This document shows positions 1 through 11,000 of a DNA stretch of 64,000 nt, piece by piece. The translations under genes and the position numbers were made by a program. Position 1 is the first letter of the stretch. Each line of letters begins with the position of its first letter. The DNA is from Takakia lepidozioides. Lineage: Eukaryota > Plantae > Bryophyta. The notes under the pieces were generated by a model. That model saw only the letters and a list, made by a program, of their open reading frames with translations, was not told the DNA's origin and did not search any database. The stretch lies in NCBI GenBank assembly GCA_030704615.1, contig CM060731.1, positions 85,498,001 through 85,562,000 of the forward strand, written 5' to 3'.

Positions 1-3000
1 GGTACCGGAGGAGGGTGCTGCCGCTCAACGTTCGCAGCAAGACCTCACCACCGATGAGCAAGCAGGCCCGGAGGAGGCCTCTGCAATGGCAGAATTGCCC
101 GCAAACAGGCCCCAGAGTGCAGCTCCAGTTGAGGATGCTCCAGCTGCTCAGCCACTACCGGCACCTACAGACATGTCTCCGGAGGATTTCAAAAGTGCAG
201 CGGATAAAATGTTGGAGGAGACACACAGTAGCATTGGTAGAGTTCTGGGCAGCATGTATTCCAGCGGACTCTTCGAATCCCACTCTGTCGCATGGTCTCC
301 CTTCCCATCGTCAGGCAGGCCCTTCCCGGAGATGTGGATAAGCTGAAGTTCGCATTTCGAGAAGGGTATCGTCTGGGATCGGCAGCGTTTTACGTTTCCA
401 TTGAGAATGAGGACGGCGAAACTCGTGGACCCACTGCCGATGAATTGTGAATGTGGGATACCCACTGGCACACACGCAACGACGAATTCGAGGCGACGCT
501 GAAGGGTGATCCAGACTTCGGCCATATGTCGGGTAAAATGTTCTTTGTGTGGGACGGGAATCACCGACTTCTTGCCTGGTGGGAGTACATCAAGCAGAAC
601 CATGCCAAGCACATTGGCTGGCATTACATGGTGGAGTGTGTCATCCTGAAGGTGAAGGCGGCAGACTCCTCCCTGCTCAAGAATGCCATGGCGGACCTCA
701 ACTCGTAAGATACTCATACCCTCCCTAGCACGTTCGAAATGCGGTGCCGCATTTCGGTTTCCATTCTGGTTTGTTTCCGTGCTTCCGTGTACTGAATTGG
801 AGAGTGTGCCTTGCAGGGTCACTGAGAATGCGTACGTCCATACCCACATGGCACATATGTTGTACAGGGTGAGGAAAACTGGTCTCACTGATCCGCAGAT
901 GTTTGCGGAAATGCTGGAGCCCGAGCTCATTCAGAAAGCCGTTGCAAAAACAGACCGGACATGGTATCGTCTCACTATGGATGGAATGGTGGAGGTGATA
1001 TACGAAGTAAGTCATCCTCCAATTCCCTCTGCTCATCCTTCCCCAATTTCCAGTAATCTTTCCACATGAATCGAATGTAACGCTTCTGCATGTTTTTGTT
1101 GGCAGTCAAACATCAAGCTGGATTTGGCCCATGCCAAACGCTTCTTCATGGAAAGTGAGGGGCAGGTCAAAACATTGCAGTCATTGACTGAGCACTTGAA
1201 GGAAGCCGGTGTCAAGTCCAGAACCAAATACAAGTCAAAGCTTGTGAAGCTGGTGGCAATTGGAGATCCGACACTTGGAAAGGACTTCATCCCCGAGATT
1301 GCAAAACACTATTCTCGGGCCATGCAGCCGACCATGCAATTGGAGAAACTGCATCACCTCTCAACGGCATGTGTTGAGGCGAAAGAGAAGGTGAGGTTTC
1401 AATGCACTGAAGTTCCTTCCTAGCAATAGCCACTCTCTTCCAGCTCCTGACATTGGATCGGAAATGGCAGACACGGTGGCTGTCGATCTGGAATGCATCC
1501 GAGAGCATAAGGACAATGTGGTCTTTTCCACTCGAAGTTTCCGACCCTGCAATGGATGCTACGTGATAATGCATTTGGGAATCGCAGGTAATGTCGAATG
1601 CGAAGGAGCAAGTCGTAATGCACACAAATTCGTTCGGCTTGTACGTCAAATGGGATGGAACACAGACATTGGAAGACTACGTGACACGTTTCAGATGTGC
1701 GTACAAGGACAACCTCTTCGCCAGAGAGCTACAGACAGCAAGAAGGAGCGTGGAGTTTACACATCAGGAGGGAGCGGGGAAAGCTGCAATGCGAATTGTT
1801 TACAGGTGAAGCACAGCTACCCTTGTATGCGAAGCTTGGTTACGAGGTTTGTCTCGGAAATGCGGCACCGCATTCGCATTTTATGTTTTCGGTGGCACTC
1901 TGCAAGTAGGTTCGTCCAATCTTATGCTCACGCATGCTGACTGCCTTGCAGGTATATGAAATACGTGCTCCTTCAGACAGGGGCCCTGGCTCAAGAGCCC
2001 CCGTTCTTCATGGCTTGGACCGTGGCGGGCCCAAGCTGTGTCTACACAACCGAGATGCATAAACAATGGCATCCCGTGCATCTCGTTGGATGCCCCTGGT
2101 ACCTGGATATGTCTGGCGGTATTGTTGACGAGTTTGAGAAAGATCTGCACGCCTTGGCAGAAGAGAAGAGAAAGGAAAGACGTGTCCCTGCTGGGCCAAA
2201 GTCGGCAAAGGAATCTGCTACTCTGGAAGAATCCAGAAAGGCAGCTGAGATGGCACAAAAGACGGTGGATGCAGCTGTGCAGGCCCAACAGAAGGGGTCG
2301 AAGAAGAGGACTCGCCAGCAAGGAGCAACCGTTGTGACACCCGCCAAAACGAAGAAGCAAAAACAGCCTGTTCAGGAAGAGAGTGACGAAGAGGACTCCG
2401 ATGGAGACTTTGCAACCAGCCCACCCCCCCCAAACGCAGGCTGCCTCCCCTGTGCCCACCATTGTCACGAGAGGCACGAGAACTGGCTCGGCAAAGAAGG
2501 CACTCTTCAACCCCCCAGGGGGGCACCCTTTCGAGCCGGTGGAAATGAAGAGGCCGAAAGTGGCTCCCGAAACAGTAGTCCAGTGTGTAAATGAGAGTTT
2601 CTTGGCGGCTTTGGATGGAGGGCAGCCAAGTTGGCATACATGAAGACCATGGAGGGTCTGAAGGGCAGAGCACTGAAGAAGGCGACTGCCGAAGAGCCTT
2701 CCGACACCCCAAGATTTCAGAATATGGTCTCGTTCTTTGAGAGGGTGTGTGCAGACAAGGATTGTAGGAGGGGCGGAAATGCCACCGAGTGGTCTTGCGA
2801 TATGATCATCTTGGATATTCCGGACGGAGAGCCTGTGGAAGACTGCAAGCTTTGCCATCTTGGAACAGGTACTCGGAGGACTTTTGGAAGAAAGGATTCG
2901 GGCTTGCCCGCATGGTGTTGGACGACAGAGGCTGTGTGGTTGTCCTGGCGAGCAGAGGAAAAAACACTCAGACAGGAATTGCGAAGTGGACCCGCAAGAG

Positions 3001-4302
3001 CGCCGTCCCGATTCTGAAAAAGAAGTGGACGTGCATCAACACACTGGGCCTTCGGTCGGAAGGGAAGAAGGTAATTACGACACTGGCACTCGTCCATTCA
3101 TTTGCTTGGGTGTTTTCAAATGTGGTGCCGCATTCGGTTTCTAATCGTTCCCCCTGTGTATGCAGACGAAGCAGTTCGATGCATACTGCTTTGTGAAGGA
3201 GAACTCCACCTTTGCTTTCCGGAAGGAGGGAGGAAAGGTTGACCCGAACTGTGACCCCCTCGATTACGACGTTCTGTTCAACAACGTTCCCAAGGAACTT
3301 CTCCCTCATAGCCTCACTTCAATGGAACCCCTGCGGTACTCACGGACTCGGAGCCCTGCCTTCATTCAGACAATTATGGAGACATGCACAGACATGGAGG
3401 GCACAGTGCTGGACCTCATCTGTGGGACAGGTATGCAGAATCTTGATCTAAGTTGTTCTGCAAATTCTCGTTAGGATGTAGTTCGCAACATCTGAAGCGC
3501 CATGTTGTAATGTGTGGATGGCATTGTAACAGGTGCCTCAATGTGGGCTGGGCGGTTTTCCGACCGGCACCTCTTTGCCTACGAGGAGGACTCATCCGTG
3601 TGGGAATCCCATCTGGAAGGGCTGCAACGGAATGTTAAGGCTCCCAACAGAGCGGAAGTCTCCTCGGATTCGTCGGAGTCCGAGGAAGACACAGTGGACA
3701 TTGATGCGGAGGAGAACCCGGAATACGAGTGAGTGCAAACATTGTAAGTTTGCAAAGCCTTCTGGGTCATTTTTGTCAAACAAATTTCCGGACTGTGGTT
3801 CTCATTAGTCTCGTTGATGATTGTCATGTGCAGGATTGCAGGGTCCGGGTCGAAACATGTAGGGCCTACACTTCCTGCCAGGAAGAATGTCCCGTTCTTT
3901 GCGAGGGCCGACTTCATGACGAGCCCGGTGAGGGACTACTCCCTTCCTAGTTATGCAGCTAAACTCGCAAATACAGCGATTAGAAGAAGTGAGAATCCCA
4001 GTAAAGTAGAGCAAATTTTGGAGAGGGCTAGGGAGGACAGAAGGATAAGGAAAGAGTTGGCAGCAGCTCAGACAGGTAGACGGGTACGAAAGTACATATG
4101 TGATTCAGCGGATGAGAGCGACGCAGACAGGGAGGAAGACGACCCAACGGAGGTGAGATGGACAGTTCCGCAAGGGGAAGATGGGATTTTCGAAAGCCTG
4201 GCCAACGAGCAGTCCGCTGGAGATGAGAAAGGCAATGAGGGGGTGGAGGCGGAGCAGGACAGTCTAGAACAGGATGAGGATTCGGATGATTTTCAAGATT
4301 AA
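1..4302 (+). pseudogene. Spliced gene encoding a ParB/Sulfiredoxin-like domain, an unknown helical region, a charged linker and a beta-class N4C/N6A DNA methyltransferase. Degenerate copy with several stops and frameshifts; the 5' end may lie outside the window.
   Basis: Phase-consistent GT-AG exons: <=704, 817-1006, 1106-1390, 1471-1805, 1952-3070, 3166-3430, 3533-3728, 3834-4302. Exon 1 reads LRIPLCRMVSLPIVRQALPGDVDKLK...FFVWDGNHRLLAW (GxxRxxA). The C-terminal part reads SCDMIILDIPDG (motif IV-like), then WNRYSEDFWKKGFGLARMVLDDRGCVVV, then RSPAFIQTIMETCTDMEGTVLDLICGTG|ASMWAGRFSDRHLFAYEED (motifs X, I, II). In-frame stops at 448 and about 1564-1569, and frameshifts in exons 1 and 5. Confidence 0.8.
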
Positions 4303-4436
4303 TAGAATTTTAATGAAGTCTCTGTAAATGTAAATTCTCTTCCAGAGTATATAAAGGAAATCCCCGACATTCGTGACCCCTCTCCAGTGTGCATTCCAGC
4401 CACACAATCGCCCAAACCACGACGCTCCCAAAATCA

Positions 4437-5205
4437 GAAATGGGGCACCGCATTTCCAAAATTTTGGCAACTCTAAAAACCTCTTTTGGAAATGCGGCAC
4501 CGCATTTCCAAAACAGGGGAGGGACTAAATTTTCCATTTCATGGTTGGCATAGTAAAAAGTAATCGGCCGATTGGAAATGCGGTGCCGCATTTCCAAAAT
4601 TTCCTTTGTCCACACGCCAGTTTTGGCCTCTCCCGCTCATTGCATGGATGCCACCACGCTTACAGAGGTCGAACAAGGAGGTCGAACAAGGAGGTCAAGA
4701 TGGCGGAATTGGAAATGCGGTGCCGCATTTCCATATTGGGGATGGTCGTTGTTCGAACTGCAGGCCCATCAGCAAAAATTGGCACCGCATTCCATTGTAA
4801 AAAAAAAGTCGATGACGGACATGGAAATGCGGCGCCGCATTTCCAGAACGGACATCGCAATTTGTTCATTTGCAGACCCTCTCACGGAAATGCCGTAACG
4901 CATTCCATCGCGCTGGTCGGAAATGTCACACTTTTCGAAGTGTTGGACGGAAATGCGGCACCGCATTCCCTTGTCCAAAAAGAAGTTTCCATTGCCAAGC
5001 TGGAAATGCGTCGCTGCATTTGCAATGCCAACCTCGTTGTCTGTCCAATTTATAGACCCGTGTTGGTATTTCATGTACATGGACGGAAATGATGCACCGC
5101 ATTCCATTGTCCGACACTGAAATGCGGTTCATACATTTCCATGTCGGCATTGAAATGGGGCACCGCATTACAATGTCCGACATGGAAATGCGGTGCCGCA
5201 TTTCA
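4437..5205. repeat. Array of about 14 palindromes GGAAATGCGG-(TG/CA/CG)-CCGCATTTCC with variable spacers
   Basis: Copies at about 4437, 4488, 4574, 4711, 4776, 4823 (perfect 22-mer), 4886, 4919, 4949, 5002, 5085, 5119, 5152 and 5184. The last four have a period of about 33 bp. Confidence 0.95.
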
Positions 5206-5461
5206 ATGTCCGACATGGCGTTACTCTAGTATATTCTTGACACATGACTCTCATACCGGTTACTCTGGTATATTCATCCGGACAGACAAATTGTAGAAAT
5301 GAGACATCAAATTGTAAACAGTGGGCCAATTCCGACAGTTATTCAACAGAATGAAACACAATCACACAGAAGTGAGGTACGATGGGTTTATTGATCGGAC
5401 ACGATGTCTCACATTTACCAACTGCAGACAAAACTAAGCCCTTCCTCCTTCTACATGGGCT

Positions 5462-6041
5462 TCACCAAGTCGACGGAACTTCGATACCCCTCAAAACAAG
5501 CTCATTACTGCTGCGGCACCTCGAGGTAAACTGCAATTCGGTCGTTCTACTGCCCTTGCTGGAGCTGACGACAATGTCATGTCCATCAATGATACCACCA
5601 TCATACATTGACAAGGTCACTGTGGGCCTCATGTGCCCGTGCGATTCGTCTTCGCAACTCAGCCGAATGTCTCCATACACTGGAAGAGCGGAGTGATCTC
5701 CACGTATATAGTTTTCCCCGGTGCCGTCCTCCCTGGTCCACTGGCAGCAGTTCCAGCGCCAAAGCGAGGCCGTGCGTGATCTGTCCGGCATCCCTTTCCA
5801 TCTTGGTATATCGAGGTCAACAATTTTTCAGGACCCACGGACCGCATTGACCCTCGCCCTCACCTCGCTCAAAGCGGTAATAGCCCTCCAAATACTCCAT
5901 TGCGTGCAAAGACTCTTGCTTGATTCCAGCAGCGTCTGTGAAAACAGAGAGCCAGACAATGATGTCCCCTGATTCTGGTTTGAACATAGCATAATCGTGG
6001 CCATGATAAGGGCAGTCGGCTGGAGTTCGGTGGCACGGCAT
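5462..6041 (-). pseudogene. Orphan protein of about 190 aa, paralog of 6573-7136, frameshifted
   Basis: ORFs 5817-6041 and 5462-5791 together align with the plus-strand ORF (DCPY.G.DYAM, GDI..W, FERG, RWNCCQWT, YGDIR, LS.YDGG.I.G.DIVV, ELVLR..EVP). Confidence 0.8.
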
Positions 6042-6572
6042 CCTTGAAAACTACTGGAGTACTGGAGTACGCTCAATGACAGCAGCTTCCGGATGGAGGA
6101 GGAGCAGCGCGGTGGCTGGAAAAAGTTCAAGCTAACGCTGCAATTCCTCACAAACCTCCAGGGCACATTTAAATTCCCCCCTACAGGATCCTGGACGGAT
6201 GAAGATTGGCTGCTCCATGAACGTAGCCGTTTCAGTTTCCTACCCTGCCATGCAAACTATGGGCAATGACTGCTAGGTGGGCCGATAGCCACTCGACACG
6301 ACAAAGTCCATCCCCCCTTCGATGTAAATGCGGCGCCGAATTTCCATCCGGGGATGGACTTCGGTGGCATATCTCAACCTATACCCCGTGGATGAGAAAG
6401 AGGTATGGGCGTCATACCTCCGTCGGTGGGTGCGTAGGACCCAGATGCTCCATTATTTGAGCCCGGACTGCTCTTCCGCTTCGCATCATTTCCAAAATCT
6501 AAGGGCTTCGTTGCTGTCCGCAAGGTCATTGTCATCGGCATCAAAGACGTCCTCAGGTCCTCCTTTGCAAGG

Positions 6573-7136
6573 ATGCCGTGCTTCCGGAACCGGGATGACT
6601 GCCCTTATGGAGGCATCGATTATGCAATGTATTCGGCCACATCGGGAGACATCGTTATCTGGTACACAGATTACACAGAAGATACTGGTTCAAATGTGGA
6701 AACATTGTCCGCTTTTGAGTATCTCCCAGGCCAGTACGCCTTCGAGCGGGGTGACGATCTTGGTCTGAGGAGTCCGTGGCTCCTGCGCATCCTTGATTCC
6801 AATTTTCCCAGCTACGACGGGCACCCATGCAGAAGAATGCGCACTGCTATGCTGTTGCGGTGGAACTGCTGCCAGTGGACGTGGGTGGACTCCATCGGAG
6901 AGACTTATACTCCTGAAGGAGTGCGCTCATCTTCTCCATTGTATGGGGACATTCGCATTGGTGTGGAGGACGAAAACGTGAAGCTTTCCATATACGATGG
7001 TGGTATGATTGAAGGGCAGGACATTGTGGTGAACATCAACAGGGGCGGTACAACGGCTGCAATCGACTTTACCTGGAGAAGCCCGAAGACTCATGAGCTA
7101 GTTCTGAGAGTAGTCGAAGTCCCATTGACAACGTGA
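6573..7136 (+). CDS. Intact 187-aa hypothetical protein of unrecognised family
   Basis: Uninterrupted ORF. Full-length protein similarity to the divergent minus-strand copy, with the same start context (CAAGG-ATG-CCG-TGC). Confidence 0.7.
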   Translation: MPCFRNRDDCPYGGIDYAMYSATSGDIVIWYTDYTEDTGSNVETLSAFEYLPGQYAFERGDDLGLRSPWLLRILDSNFPSYDGHPCRRMRTAMLLRWNCCQWTWVDSIGETYTPEGVRSSSPLYGDIRIGVEDENVKLSIYDGGMIEGQDIVVNINRGGTTAAIDFTWRSPKTHELVLRVVEVPLTT

Positions 7137-7599
7137 CTTTCAGTGGCACAGGGCTAACGATTTCTTTGCACAATCAGCACAGTAGACGTGCTTCAAATTC
7201 AATTCATGTGGATCAATAAAAACCTCATTGTGCCCTCTCTTTATTCTATTCTGTGTCCATCGTTCCCAGAATGCGTCATTGCTCATTTCGTTTGGGATTG
7301 GGAGTGTGGGAGGATTTTGCAAGTGGCTGTTAGGCTGAAATGGGCCCCCATTGTACAGAGCAGTACCACCCTACCATTCGCGAAACATTGCCATTCAATA
7401 TATAATTCTAAAAAACATTGCCGAACCTCCTTCATCGGGAGGTCCTTCTCCCCCTATGACCGTGGCACCCTTAACCCTATTCCCGCGGACACATATTTCC
7501 GGAAAATAGTCTGCTCATGTTTTTTTTCACACTTACGACTCTGCTCATGGCTCATGCCGCTCATGGCTCATGGCTCATGAAATAGCAGCCCCCGGCTTA

Positions 7600-8020
7600 T
7601 GGCAGACAGAAGGCGACCTTTGATGGAGTGTGCTTTAATTGCGGGGAGCTCGGGAACATGGCCAAGAAGTGCACAAAACCCCCACAATTGTACATGACTC
7701 GGGCGGCCACAGAGCTGTCCGAAGATTCCATTAGCCGCTTGGTGGAGGCGGTGGTCACCAAGACTTGCAAGGTAGGCAACTACTCTTGTGAGTTGTATCA
7801 GGAAACTAGCGCCTTGTGTAAAGGGAGTCAGTTAATGTTTGTGAGTGGGATAATCTCCGGAACTAACGTGTCGTTGTTGGTGGACACAGGAGCGTCGCAC
7901 TCCTTCATGACACCAGCAACGGCACGAAAGCTAGGGCTCCCGACAAGTGATGCGGGGGCCTCCATTGAAGTGCGCTCTGCTAAAGGAGAACCACAATTGG
8001 CAACGAGGTTGGAGCAAGTC
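7600..8020 (+). mobile_element. Ty3/gypsy gag-protease fragment
   Basis: Zinc-knuckle remnant CFNCGELGNMAKKC and aspartic protease motif LLVDTGASHSFM. Confidence 0.8.
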
Positions 8021-8081
8021 CGGAGCGGTCATAAATGGCCGCAAAAGAGTAGTCACGCTACCGTGTGGGAATGGTAGCGAA

Positions 8082-11000
8082 GTGTTACTGTTAGAGGGCT
8101 GTCTGGGACTTAGACACTTTTACGGGTTCTGTGGGGTACCCTTAATTTTTGCACAGACTTACGAATGGTACACTTGGACCAGCATAGGCCTTAGGGGTAG
8201 TAGACAGGCTTACACAGTCAGTCACAACATTACATAGTTAAACACAGCTTGACACAGCTTGTCACAGTCTGACACAGCCTTACATAGCCTATCACAGTCT
8301 ATCACATCCCGACATAGCCCGACACAGCTTCGCACAGTTTCACATAGCCAGTCACAGCCCGGCACAGTTTGGCACAGCCTGTCACAACGTACATAGGGAA
8401 TGGTTATTATTCGTAGGGAACGACTGTGTGGGAACGACATCTGCAGAGGGAACGTGCTTACTTTTTGGATGACAGTTAGTTAGTTAGGCGGTTAGAACAG
8501 CTTGCAGATAAATTGGGCAGAGCAACAACATGGAGGACACTTCTCGGGGAGCACTTCTTGGTCATCACGAGAGGAGATCAGTGGAGAGCACGACTGGAGC
8601 AGGAAAGGAGAACATGGTGAAGGAGGAGTGACGATCTGTTGATGCTGTTACATGCAAGCTGTAGAGATATACTGTAGGGTAGACTAGGGACACCATGGCT
8701 TCGGCCGGATACTGATAGATCTTAATTTGATACACATTCCATACTCACACTGTGTAGAGAGATTTGAGTGAAGTTGTGGAATGAATGGATGAGTGATTGG
8801 AACCTGGTAGTTTGCTGAAGCAATCTGATGCTTGAATATAAACAATAAGGTAATTTGCTGCCATGAAGGCAAGAAGGAATACAAACATGAATCACTTCCA
8901 TGATACACTAGTTGTAGGTCAGACTGATTGTTCTGAGCGGGCTGAGTGCTTGGAGATATCCAACTCTTCTATCTTGGAGTTCCCACCTTGGATAGCGAAG
9001 GGATGGGTGAGTAAAAGCCGCTCGACATTTGGCGACCATACTGGGGAACTGGGTCAAGAACAACCAGATGTGACAGGCATCTGGTGGGATGATGGTGGTT
9101 GGAGAATCAAAGAATTTCTTGTGAATCAAATTCCATGTGGAACTAAGAAGGAAAGATTGTCCAAGCAATTCTTTCAGAGATTCTTGGAATTGCCAGACGG
9201 TTGCAAGGAAAACATTCTTAAGAGAGTGCATGATGCTGATCCGCAGTGGGGTCTGGAGAAAGGAGTGATAAAGATTTATCAAGTGGCCTGTGGAGGGAGA
9301 GCAAGTTGGTTACCAACACTGGTTTTTATGTGATAGCGTTGCTATCCATTAAACGAGTGGAGTTTGAAGGCTGGGAGGAACGGAAAGTGAATGTTTACAC
9401 TCATATGCATGAAGAATTGGTACTGGTAAAGAATTGGATTCCTAAGGATATCCTGTGGATCAAACTTACACCAAGAACAACTTTTCAGATGTGCTTGCCA
9501 TATGGTTATATGGTAACAGAGACTGCTAGTATAGCCAAGGGTGCATTGAAGTTTGAAAGAAATCCAGGCATGTACGAGAGATACTACAGAAGAGAGTTTT
9601 GGTTATTGCCTCATTAAATATATGAAAAGACATGGGACATGAGTGATGAAAGAGAAGCTAGACTCCACAGATATTCAGCGAAAAGAGAAAGTTATTTAAG
9701 GGCTAATTATCCATATCTTTGGGAGAGAGGAATAGACATAGGGGAATCATCTGGACCTCTCACACCATTAAGATCATAGAGTACATCACCCATACCGGAG
9801 GAACCAGAGTTGGATGCCACTCCTTCTTATTCTTTACAAGAAAGATTAAGGGATTTGGTACAGGAAGAAGATCAGCCACGAGGGGAGAGATCTGAGGTAC
9901 ATCCCTGGATAAAAGATTTGACAGAAATCTTTGATCAGAGTTGGCATGGGACACCAAAAGCAGGAACTCCAGTTTCTGAATCACAAGACTAAGAAGGAGA
10001 GGAGGATGTGGCAGAGCCAACAGAGAGTTCAGACTCTCCAACACCACTCCAGTTGAGTTATATGAGAGAGGAAGAGGAAAACCAGGAGAAGAACTTGGAA
10101 GATGAAAACATGAAGAAGAATTTGGAAGATGAAGAGTATAAAGAAGTAGATCCAATAGCTGAGGTTGAGACTACAACCAGGACATCCCAACCTGTTGGAC
10201 CTGGATCAAGTGGAGCATTTGGATCACAGGCCAACGAAGGTGTCGGCTCGGGGGGATTAGGCAGGCAGCTTGGATCTGGCTCTGGGGGGACAGGGAGTGT
10301 GGGAAGTAGTGCAACTGGGGCTGGGAATACTTTGAGTACAGAGGGGCCAGAAGCAGGGAGTGCTCAGGGGCCAACACCTGGTGGGAGACCCACCACTACA
10401 ACAGTAGGTCTTCTAGGACCAGCATCAACAGGAGGACCAGCACCTGTCAGTGGGCAGGGTGTAGGGCCACAGATGGCGGTACCTCCAACACGGGCAAAAC
10501 CACCTTTTCCAATATATGCAGGAAAAGGGGATCCTGATGTACACATCAGCCAATTTGAGCACATGTGTATTGTGAACAATGAGAATGGCGATGATGCCAA
10601 GATGAGACTGTTTCCTTGTTAACTTGTCAAGAAAGCAAGTGAATGGTATGCAAGATTCCCTGATAATCATTTCCTAACCTGGAATGGCCTTAGTACAGCA
10701 TTCCGAAATAGGTTCAGGACAAGCAAAACTGAGGATGAAGTGTATGGGAGTTTACAACAGTTAAAGCAAAAGAAGCATGAAACTGTTGAAGAGTACATGG
10801 AAAAGATGGAGTTGATGATGAAAAAGCTGGCTGTTGTGCCAGCACCAGGGTTACAGAAGACCTGGTTTGTGAGTGGATTAAGATCTAAATTACAAAAGAA
10901 AGTGGATATGCTACCCCATAATACAGTGGAGGAGGCATTTGAAACAACCAACAGAATTGAGCAATTGGGAATGCTCAGAAGAGAGAAAAGGGATGATGAG

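Noticed and set aside
148-930. 260-aa minus-strand ORF (likewise 1881-2858)
   Set aside because: Antisense shadows of the plus-strand ParB-MTase exons, with no motifs of their own.
4437-5205. CRISPR array
   Set aside because: Spacer lengths are irregular, repeats occur in both orientations and also in introns, there are no cas genes, and the context is eukaryotic.
4264-5216. ORFs with repeated MRCRIS, GNAVPH or KCGAAF peptides, and RPP/GGR-repeat ORFs at 25-26 kb
   Set aside because: These are translations of the DNA palindromes in all frames, not proteins.
1-7136. Bacterial or phage contamination
   Set aside because: The gene has seven phase-consistent spliceosomal introns, is contiguous with plant TEs, and has a paralog at 51 kb.
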